From contig CABZHV010000001.1 in NCBI GenBank assembly GCA_902525635.1, forward strand, positions 4,640-68,639: DNA of 64,000 nt. Reading direction: 5' to 3'. Each line of letters starts with the position of its first letter. The stretch's first letter is position 1. The translations under genes and the position numbers were made by a program. The notes below the pieces were generated by a model that saw nothing but the letters and a program-made list of their open reading frames with translations, was not told where the DNA came from and searched no databases. This document shows positions 42,703 through 50,392 of the stretch, in pieces. Origin of the DNA: an uncultured SAR86 cluster bacterium (GTDB taxonomy: Bacteria > Pseudomonadota > Gammaproteobacteria > Magnimaribacterales > D2472).

Positions 42703-43806
42703 ATGAAAAGACTCCTATCTTTGCTAATTGTTTTTATATTTATCCATGGTTGTTCAGAGCCTGTTACTCCTCCTGAAAAAATTGCTAATGATTTCTATCT
42801 CAACCTCTTAACAGGAAACTTTGATTCAGCATTTCTGATGTTTTCTGATGAATCTAAAGAAGCAGTTACAATATTCGATTTTAAAGAGTATTACACTATT
42901 AATATTGGACGCGATTATGAATTCGCCATCAAAGAATTGGAAGAAAATCCAATTGGTGTCCTCTCAATAGGCTATCCAGCTATTGAAATTATAAATATTT
43001 CAATTTCAGGAAAAACTGCCTCGGTAGACTTATCCGCACAAATTAACGACATTCAAGCTATTGCTTCAAAATTAATGACTAAAATATTAGAAAAATATAC
43101 AGCTAATATTTCTACACAAAAAGAGCTTTCTTCATATGCTGAAGAGATGATTGCTGATGAAATAAACAAAACTGATAATGATGCTCTTCCAAAAATAAAT
43201 CTTAAGGTTTTAAGAATTGATTTAGTTCTTGAAAAAGAAGGTTGGAAGATTAGTGAAAATCTTGCCCAAAATATCCTTCTTGAAAAACAGAAACAGGATC
43301 TAATAAAAGAACAACAAGAGGCTGAGCTTAAAGAACTAAACGAAAAAATAGAAAAACAGAAATTAGAAAATGAACGTATTAAACAAGAAAAGAAGCGCAA
43401 AGATGAAGAGGAGCTAAAAAGAAAGCAAGAGTTAGAAAAAGAAAAACTACAATACATGGAGAATAAAGTTTCAATTTTTGATTTTGAAGCAACAAGAATT
43501 GATACTTATTCAGACAAGAACATACCTGCAGTAAGATTTGCTATTAAAAATATTGGAAATAAATCATTAAATATAGTGAAAGTTACTGTAGTCTTTTATG
43601 ATCGGGATGATTTACCAATATATGAAAAATCATACTCTCCTGTATTAGTTTCAAAATATTCAATCTCTGGAGATACTCCTTTAAAACCAAATTATATTAA
43701 GAGGGAAAAAGAAGGTAGATATTACACAATAGAAGAATTAGGACCTGAGTGGTCTGGCAAGGCTACCATCTCTGTCAGTGAGATTGAGTTTACAGATGAT
43801 GATTAA
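42703..43806 (+). CDS. Hypothetical lipoprotein with central coiled coil
   Basis: Lipobox IHGC; K/E/Q-rich helical stretch; beta-rich C-terminal domain. Confidence 0.75.
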   Translation: MKRLLSLLIVFIFIHGCSEPVTPPEKIANDFYLNLLTGNFDSAFLMFSDESKEAVTIFDFKEYYTINIGRDYEFAIKELEENPIGVLSIGYPAIEIINISISGKTASVDLSAQINDIQAIASKLMTKILEKYTANISTQKELSSYAEEMIADEINKTDNDALPKINLKVLRIDLVLEKEGWKISENLAQNILLEKQKQDLIKEQQEAELKELNEKIEKQKLENERIKQEKKRKDEEELKRKQELEKEKLQYMENKVSIFDFEATRIDTYSDKNIPAVRFAIKNIGNKSLNIVKVTVVFYDRDDLPIYEKSYSPVLVSKYSISGDTPLKPNYIKREKEGRYYTIEELGPEWSGKATISVSEIEFTDDD

Positions 43807-43822
43807 ACTTTTAGGACTAAAT

Positions 43823-43898
43823 GGGGCTATAGCTCAGCTGGGAGAGCGTCAGCGTGGCACGTTGAAGGTCGTCGGTTCGATCCCGACTAGCTCCACCA
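43823..43898 (+). tRNA. tRNA-Ala(GGC), variant copy carried inside the insert
   Basis: 76 nt; acceptor GGGGCTA/TAGCTCC with G3:U70; anticodon arm TCAGC-GT GGC AC-GTTGA; T arm GTCGG-TTCGATC-CCGAC; CCA. Confidence 0.93.
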
Positions 43899-43932
43899 AT
43901 TTAAATAATTTTAGAGTTTTCTATATAAATAT

Positions 43933-43950
43933 GTGACCATATGGTGACCA
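43933..43950. repeat. Tandem GTGACCA repeat with 11-bp period; candidate integrase arm-type site
   Basis: GTGACCA-TATG-GTGACCA, about 105 bp from the right core repeat. Confidence 0.45.
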
Positions 43951-44029
43951 AGAGTCAAAACAACTTTATTTGTAAGAAATGATTTATACTTGAAGCGTGG
44001 CTTTGACTAGGTTTGCGCCTTTTAAGTTT

Positions 44030-44098
44030 TATAACTCGTAGGAGAGCATCCTCATGGCATTCAAGAGGTCCGCGGTTCGATCCCGCGTAGCTCCACCA
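44030..44098 (+). pseudogene. Intact 3' half of tRNA-Ala(GGC) preceded by a decayed, non-complementary 5' portion (attR)
   Basis: TATAACTCGTAGGAGAGCATCCTC-ATGGCATTCAAGAGGTCCGCGGTTCGATCCCGCGTAGCTCCACCA; acceptor and anticodon stems cannot pair. Confidence 0.9.
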
Positions 44099-44208
44099 TT
44101 TACCTCTAACTTTTTATTGCTACATTGGAACTAGTTAATTCCTATATTCATCCTACTTCTTTCGGTCTATAAAAAACCTTCTTTGAAGATTAATGGGATT
44201 ATTTTTTG

Positions 44209-44826
44209 CTACTCTCTGATTCCAGACTCTGAAGGAAGCATAGATTCATTCTGAATTGCATTTTCATAAACAGCCACAAAAATCATCAAATAAAAAGGTA
44301 GTGCAAATAGCGATAAAATATTTACTATCGGAATTACAGAGATTATTTGAATGCCTATGGTAAGTAATGCATACACACCGAATACCTTCCAAAAACCCAT
44401 TGAATGTACCTGCTCTCTGGATTGTCCTAATGACTCTGTTGGTAACATATCTTTATCTACTAAAAAAAACCATGCTAAAAGCCATACTGTTGCAAGATAG
44501 ATTCCTGGAATAAATAACAATAAAAGCCCTAAAAATACTCCAAAAAATGAGATGAACATCAGAAGCAAGGTTTTCCACCACATTCCATTTTGAAAACCAT
44601 ACAGCCAGGAGTCCATAATTCCCTCGCTTTCTCCTCTAGCAGCCCTCAACATGAATTTATAAAAACCCCCCAAAAGAGCCGGAATAAATAAAAGTCCGAT
44701 AATCGTAATTGCCGCTACTACACATAATATACATGTAATGATGAACCTAAAAAAAATTAACCAATAATTTTTTTTGGCCATCTCAATTCCAATTTTAAAA
44801 TAATCTTCTATTTTTAAATCTTTCAT
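44209..44826 (-). CDS. Hypothetical integral membrane protein
   Basis: Several TM segments; LFIPGIYLA..W...FLVD.....ESL..S pattern (DUF975-like). Confidence 0.7.
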   Translation of the reverse strand: MKDLKIEDYFKIGIEMAKKNYWLIFFRFIITCILCVVAAITIIGLLFIPALLGGFYKFMLRAARGESEGIMDSWLYGFQNGMWWKTLLLMFISFFGVFLGLLLLFIPGIYLATVWLLAWFFLVDKDMLPTESLGQSREQVHSMGFWKVFGVYALLTIGIQIISVIPIVNILSLFALPFYLMIFVAVYENAIQNESMLPSESGIRE

Positions 44827-44868
44827 ATAAATTAGTTTGTTTAATTATTTAGTATATTTTTGAACCAA

Positions 44869-44878
44869 TAGCTCCACC
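44869..44878 (+). repeat. tRNA-Ala 3'-end remnant TAGCTCCACC
   Basis: Exact 10-nt match to the tRNA-Ala 3' end (44088-44097), in an intergenic position. Confidence 0.6.
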
Positions 44879-44894
44879 GTTTTTGTAAACCTTC

Positions 44895-45173
44895 CTATAC
44901 TTTTTTAATAACTCCAGAAGTTGAATTAACATCTTCTTTTATTCCTCTTATCGACTTGAATAAAGTGCACTTATTTTTCTTTGAATCATATGTGAATGCT
45001 AAGATTCCTGTTCTTTTTTCAGCATAACTTTTACATTTATCAAATGAAGCATATTTACCTGAAGACTTAACAGAAGCTATTTTTCCTTCAATTAGCATTG
45101 CAGTCTTCATTTCATATTCAGCGAAAGTTATTAATGGTAATAAGAAAGTTACTGTGAATAATAATTTTTTCAT
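44895..45173 (-). CDS. Small secreted PAN/apple-domain-like protein
   Basis: Signal peptide; C...AFTYDSKKNKCTLF...STSG resembles the PAN module. Confidence 0.6.
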   Translation of the reverse strand: MKKLLFTVTFLLPLITFAEYEMKTAMLIEGKIASVKSSGKYASFDKCKSYAEKRTGILAFTYDSKKNKCTLFKSIRGIKEDVNSTSGVIKKV

Positions 45174-45254
45174 TGTATTTATCCTCTCTAGTTGTTGCTT
45201 ATATTAGTTTTTACTGCAATTACAGTGCCAAATTTACTAGCGAAGAAACAACTT

Positions 45255-46703
45255 TTAATCTTTTGAATTATGAAATTTTAGATTTGTATCATCGATCGAC
45301 ATAAATCTCACAGCAAATATATCTTTGATGTAATTTTGATAGTTCTTCCAAGGAGATTTGTTGCCCTGTTTAGGCATCATTTTCAAGCCTCTTTTGATGT
45401 AACCTGATGTAAAGTCTATCAATTTATCATTGCCATAAGCTTCAAGATCATCAATAGGAGTACACGATAGAACATTCTTTTTATCCATGAGTTTTATAAG
45501 CCTGCATACATATTCACAGGTCAAATCAGTTCTTAATGTCCAAGAAGCATTTACATAACCAAATGATAGAGCAAAATTAGGAACTCCACTTAGCATCATT
45601 CCTTTATAAGTTAACCTTTCGTTTGGATTTACCTTATTATTATCTATTGATACATTAATATCATTTAATGCATTTAATTCAATACCTGTTGCTGTAACAA
45701 TTAAATCTGCTTCAATTTTTTTTCCTGATTTTAAAATAATTCCGTCAGATTCAAATTTATCAATAATATCTGTTTGAATTGAAAGTTGTCCTGATTTAAT
45801 TGCTTTAAATAGATCGCTATCGGGAACTAGGCATATTCTCTGATCCCATGGCATATAACTTGGCGTAAAATGTTTTTCAACATCATAGTTATTTCCCAGT
45901 TCATTTTTAATTCGCTGAATTAATTGCTCTTTAAGTTTTTTAGGAAATTTTTTTGCAACAAAGTATGTGTAACTTTGATAAAGTATATTTTTCCATCTAA
46001 CTAAGAAATAAGAAATTTTAAGAGGTAAGATTTTTCTTAAGAACAGGTTAATCTTATCTTCACTTGGCCATGAGACTACATAAGTAGGTGATCTTTGCAG
46101 CATAACTACATGCTTAGTTTCTTTTGCTATTTCAGGTGCCAAAGTTACTGCTGTAGCACCACTTCCAATAACAATTACTCTTTTATTTTTATAATCAATT
46201 TCACTATTCCAAAATTGAGGATGAATTACATCACCTCTAAAATTTTCTTGATCTTTAAAAGTTGGCATATGAGGTTTTGAATAACTAAAATAACCTCCAC
46301 ATAAGAATAAAAAGTTACAAGTTATCTCTTTAGATTTACCATTTGTTTTAACAATTAATGACCAATATGACTTTTTTGAATTCCAATTTGCATTCAAAAC
46401 TTTATGGTTGAATAAGATATTTTTTTTTAGGTCGTAGTCTTTAACAGTGTCATCTAAATATTTTAATATTGAAGGACCATCTGCAATTGATTTTTTAGAA
46501 ATCCAAGGTTTAAATCTATAGCCAAGAGTATGCATATCAGAATCAGATCTTATACCAGGATATTTGAAAAGATCCCAAGTGCCTCCAATATTGTTTCTTG
46601 CCTCTAGGATTGAAAAAGTTTTGTTAGAACATTTTTTCTTTAAATGATATCCAGCAGCTATACCTGAAATACCAGCTCCTATTACTATGACATCTTTATG
46701 CAT
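45255..46703 (-). CDS. EthA-like flavin-containing (Baeyer-Villiger-type) monooxygenase
   Basis: GAGISG, GGTWDLFKYPGIRSDSD, F.G.VIHPQFW, GSGATA. Confidence 0.92.
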   Translation of the reverse strand: MHKDVIVIGAGISGIAAGYHLKKKCSNKTFSILEARNNIGGTWDLFKYPGIRSDSDMHTLGYRFKPWISKKSIADGPSILKYLDDTVKDYDLKKNILFNHKVLNANWNSKKSYWSLIVKTNGKSKEITCNFLFLCGGYFSYSKPHMPTFKDQENFRGDVIHPQFWNSEIDYKNKRVIVIGSGATAVTLAPEIAKETKHVVMLQRSPTYVVSWPSEDKINLFLRKILPLKISYFLVRWKNILYQSYTYFVAKKFPKKLKEQLIQRIKNELGNNYDVEKHFTPSYMPWDQRICLVPDSDLFKAIKSGQLSIQTDIIDKFESDGIILKSGKKIEADLIVTATGIELNALNDINVSIDNNKVNPNERLTYKGMMLSGVPNFALSFGYVNASWTLRTDLTCEYVCRLIKLMDKKNVLSCTPIDDLEAYGNDKLIDFTSGYIKRGLKMMPKQGNKSPWKNYQNYIKDIFAVRFMSIDDTNLKFHNSKD

Positions 46704-46748
46704 TATTTAAAATTTAAAAGGATTTAATGTTAGGTTAAAATCAGTTTT

Positions 46749-47525
46749 ATGAAATTTATTGTACTACTAATAATTATTTTTACTAACGACATTTTTTGCA
46801 AAGCCGTTATTGTCTCAGAACTAGATAATAAAACTCCAGAACGTTTTTTGTACATTGGAAATAGTTACCTTTACTACAATGATAGTCTTCATAACCATGT
46901 TAGAAGGATGCTTGAAGAGTATTATAAAAAAGATATTGACAGAGGTAACTACAAGTCTGTAACAATAAGCGGGTCAAGACTTTCAGATCATAATATTGAA
47001 TATTATCTAGAACATAAAAATATCCGAGTTGATGGACCTTACGAATTAGTTGTTATTCAAGGTGGAAGTGGTGAAACTGATACAAAATCTGAAAGAAAAA
47101 TATTTTTTAATGAGATAGATGAAATGATTAAAAGTATCAGAAAATACGATGCTGAAATTGCTTTGTATATGATTCATCCTCTTATTGAGCCAAACATAGG
47201 TGCCTATCCAGAAATGCTTGATGATGTTAAATCTGCTTATATCGAAGCAGCTAATAAAAATAACGTTTTAGTCTTTCCTGTTGGTATTGCTTTTAATGAA
47301 GCTTATGAAGAAAGACCTAATATTGCACTGCATAAATCAGATGGATCACATCCAGATATGCTTGGCACATACCTTGCAGCATGTGTTATTTTTTCAAGCA
47401 TTACTCAAAAGTCTCCAAAATTACTTAAATATGATTACTATGGAGTAATTGAAAAAGGGGATAGGGATTTTCTTCAGGGCATTGCTCACGATACTGTAGA
47501 GCAATTTTATGATATTGAATTATAG
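46749..47525 (+). CDS. Secreted SGNH/GDSL-like hydrolase (DUF4886-like)
   Basis: Signal peptide, IGNSY block I, DGSHP...GTYLAA block V. Confidence 0.8.
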   Translation: MKFIVLLIIIFTNDIFCKAVIVSELDNKTPERFLYIGNSYLYYNDSLHNHVRRMLEEYYKKDIDRGNYKSVTISGSRLSDHNIEYYLEHKNIRVDGPYELVVIQGGSGETDTKSERKIFFNEIDEMIKSIRKYDAEIALYMIHPLIEPNIGAYPEMLDDVKSAYIEAANKNNVLVFPVGIAFNEAYEERPNIALHKSDGSHPDMLGTYLAACVIFSSITQKSPKLLKYDYYGVIEKGDRDFLQGIAHDTVEQFYDIEL

Positions 47526-48122
47526 TTTGTCAGCGTAATTGTGGTTAACTTCGCTATGATTTTCTTCATCAGCTCTAACACATCTAATTAAATCAGATAA
47601 CTTAGAATCAGATCCAATCCCGTAGTAGCTAATTGCGAGCTGAGGTGCAGGAATGTTTTTAACTTTTCCAGATTCAACCATATGAAGATATTCTGTATAA
47701 CTCTTTACAGCCTCATCTTCAAAATATCCAATCATTCTGTGAGCTGTCCTTGTGAAAAATATATACATAAATAGATAAAAAAGACCAAAAATAACTTGTG
47801 AGCATAAAACAAGAGTTCTTTCAAAAAAGTTTGGTTTTGCTATTTCAATGAAAAACATCAAATGCATTCGTTCATTTTCAGCTTCAGCAAGCATTTCTCT
47901 TATTTGTGCACCGTAGCCAGTTTTCATTTTCCTAAGGCTTTTGAAATGCATCCAAACTCCAGCAACCATTCCTGGAACACCAGCAACGGTCTCTAAAACA
48001 ACAGCTCTATGCCCATATCTTTTAGCAAAAAAAGTATCTGCAATAAATCTAAAAAATTTGGTCATTGACAGAGCAAAACTATCTGACAGATATTCTTTGT
48101 TTATTTTTTGGTGAATTCTCAT
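47520..48122 (-). CDS. aox: Alternative oxidase (ubiquinol oxidase)
   Basis: LETVAGVPGMV, EAENERMHL, GYFEDEAV..Y, RADEENH di-iron motifs. Confidence 0.96.
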   Translation of the reverse strand: MRIHQKINKEYLSDSFALSMTKFFRFIADTFFAKRYGHRAVVLETVAGVPGMVAGVWMHFKSLRKMKTGYGAQIREMLAEAENERMHLMFFIEIAKPNFFERTLVLCSQVIFGLFYLFMYIFFTRTAHRMIGYFEDEAVKSYTEYLHMVESGKVKNIPAPQLAISYYGIGSDSKLSDLIRCVRADEENHSEVNHNYADKL

Positions 48123-48186
48123 ATAATATAAATTATGTATATAACATATTATATATATTATTAATATATAAGCAAATAGAACTCAA

Positions 48187-49551
48187 TTATCTTTTAGATT
48201 CAATATCTTGAATAATAAGTTTGGTTTGTTCTATTGCAAGACCAATGTATGTCTCTGGATCAAGTAATTTATCAAGTTCTTCATCAGAGATATACATAGA
48301 AATTGCATCACTTTTTTTAATAGCTTGTTTTAAAGTCATATCTTCATTCAAAGCTTTCATAGAAACTTCATGCATTAAATTGTCTGCAGTATCTTTTCCA
48401 ATCTTATCTGCCAAAAAAAACGTTACTCTCTGAGAAAGAATCAAACCTCGTGTTAAATTTAAATTTTTTCGCATTTGATCTTTATCAACTTCAAGCTCCT
48501 TAAAGAGTTTCTTCGCTGTTTCTATCATGGACTCTGATGTTATTGAGATATCTCTTATGCTTGCATCACTTCTGGGTTGGTCCCTTTCAAAACTATTTAT
48601 CATATCGTCAAGAATAACCTCAGCATACCTAGGAATTACTCTGGAATAATTAACCAGATTGCCTGGACCTCTTGGATTTTTTTTATGTGGCATGGTACTG
48701 CTGCCAATCGCTTTAAAACCAAGATTCTCAAGAGTCTCACCAATCTCAGTCATTTGTAATAAAGTTAATTCATCACCAATTCTTCCAAATGATTTCGAAA
48801 TTAGTGCAAGGGTAAGTGCATACTCAGCAAATACATCTCTTATGCCGTGCCAATCTGCTATGTAAGGTTTTGATAATCCAAGTTCTTTTGCCATTAACTC
48901 TTCAGTTTCGATAGCCATCTCTCCAAGACCTAAATAAGTGCCTACCGCACCTTTAAGTATTGCCGATTGATTAATTTTTAATTCTACAGCTTGAAGTCGT
49001 TCTATATTTCGTCTATTTTCTGCTAACCATGTGCTAGTCTTTTTTCCAAATGTCATTGGAAGCGCATGTTGACCAATAGTTCTTCCAACCATGTAAGTAT
49101 CGATATTATCTTTTGTAAGTTTTAGTAAATCAGCTTCAATTTCTAACAAACCATCTAAAAAAATGCTGATTGATTTTTTTACTTGTAATACTAAAACAGT
49201 ATCAAAAATATCCACAGTTGTAGCACCAAAATGAAGGTACTCTTCAGCACCGTAGTCTAATGATTTTTTCCAAACATTTAGTCTTGAAACTAATCTATGT
49301 CTAACTAGTTGATATTCTTCGTCAACTTTCTCTTGAGGCATATATTTGATATTTGCTTTAGCAGTAATTTCATTAGCTGCCCACGCAGGAATAATTCCTT
49401 GTGATGATTGAGCTCTAGCTAACGCAGCCTCAATATCCATAATAATTTGATTTGTATTATTAGTGTTAAAAATGTCTTTAACTTTTTCATCATCTGATGA
49501 AATGATATTTGACGAAATAAAAATAAAAGTAATTATAAGTGTTCTTATCAT
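48187..49551 (-). CDS. Fumarase/aspartase/adenylosuccinate lyase superfamily protein with apparent signal peptide
   Basis: HFGATT.D, GRTIGQHA, GAVGT, GSSTMPHKKNP, LLDPETYIG. Confidence 0.88.
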   Translation of the reverse strand: MIRTLIITFIFISSNIISSDDEKVKDIFNTNNTNQIIMDIEAALARAQSSQGIIPAWAANEITAKANIKYMPQEKVDEEYQLVRHRLVSRLNVWKKSLDYGAEEYLHFGATTVDIFDTVLVLQVKKSISIFLDGLLEIEADLLKLTKDNIDTYMVGRTIGQHALPMTFGKKTSTWLAENRRNIERLQAVELKINQSAILKGAVGTYLGLGEMAIETEELMAKELGLSKPYIADWHGIRDVFAEYALTLALISKSFGRIGDELTLLQMTEIGETLENLGFKAIGSSTMPHKKNPRGPGNLVNYSRVIPRYAEVILDDMINSFERDQPRSDASIRDISITSESMIETAKKLFKELEVDKDQMRKNLNLTRGLILSQRVTFFLADKIGKDTADNLMHEVSMKALNEDMTLKQAIKKSDAISMYISDEELDKLLDPETYIGLAIEQTKLIIQDIESKR

Positions 49552-49618
49552 GATGTAATTATATGAGTTATGATTAATTAACTTAAGTAGTATTTGAAAT
49601 AATTAACTTACTCTAAAA

Positions 49619-50392
49619 ATGAAACATGACATATTCTTTATAGATGCTTTTGCTGATGAAATTTTTTCTGGAAATCCGGCAGCAGTCATTTTCAGTCATT
49701 TTGATGATGATGTAATGCAAAAGATAGCTGCAGAGAATAATCTGTCAGAAACTGCATTTATTGATCTTGAAAAGAATTACATAAGATGGTTTTCTCCAGA
49801 GTGTGAAGTCGATTTATGTGGGCACGCTACATTGGCATCCGCTTATGCATTTTTTGAATATGTTGATATAAAGAGTGACTCAATAACATTTAACTCAAAT
49901 AGTGGAGAACTTAAAGCTTCAAAACAAGATTCAATTATTCAACTTGATTTTCCAAAGGATAATTTTAATGAAGTAAATGAAATTGAATCAGTATTTAAGG
50001 CTACTAATATATATCCTCAAAAAACATTTCTAGGAAATATAAATTTATTTGCAGTATTTAATTCTGAAAAGGAAATTGAAGATATTAACCCAAACTTTGA
50101 TTTACTCAAACAACTGCCTGGTCAGGGATTAATTGTTTCTTCGCCTAGTGAAAAATACGATTTTGTTTCGAGATATTTTTGCCCAAAATTTGGAATAAAT
50201 GAAGACCCCGTAACCGGTTCTGCTCACACCACACTAATACCATATTGGTCAGATAGACTTAACAAAAAAAAACTATCTGCAAAACAGATTTCACTAAGAG
50301 GCGGAGAATTATTTTGCATTAATGAAGAGAGTAGGGTGTTGATTGGTGGAAATGCTACTCTTTACATGAAGGGTGAAATATTGATTAATTAA
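49619..50392 (+). CDS. PhzF family isomerase/epimerase
   Basis: DAF...GNPAAV, NLSETAF, EVDLCGHATLA, EDPVTGSA. Confidence 0.93.
   Translation: MKHDIFFIDAFADEIFSGNPAAVIFSHFDDDVMQKIAAENNLSETAFIDLEKNYIRWFSPECEVDLCGHATLASAYAFFEYVDIKSDSITFNSNSGELKASKQDSIIQLDFPKDNFNEVNEIESVFKATNIYPQKTFLGNINLFAVFNSEKEIEDINPNFDLLKQLPGQGLIVSSPSEKYDFVSRYFCPKFGINEDPVTGSAHTTLIPYWSDRLNKKKLSAKQISLRGGELFCINEESRVLIGGNATLYMKGEILIN

Larger units (their letters stand above)
41812..44063. mobile_element. Integrase-less integrative cassette inserted in the tRNA-Ala(GGC) anticodon loop
   Basis: 10-bp direct repeat ATGGCATTCA at 41812-41821 and 44054-44063; joining the flanks gives a perfect 76-nt tRNA-Ala. Confidence 0.85.

Noticed and set aside
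43053-43457. 134-aa Ser/Phe-rich minus-strand ORF
   Set aside because: It is the antisense of the K/E-rich coiled coil in the lipoprotein.
41822-44053. Insert interpreted as a tRNA intron or as trans-spliced tRNA halves
   Set aside because: It has a target-site direct repeat, ORFs on both strands and its own tRNA. No group I intron core or bulge-helix-bulge motif is evident, so DNA-level integration explains it better.
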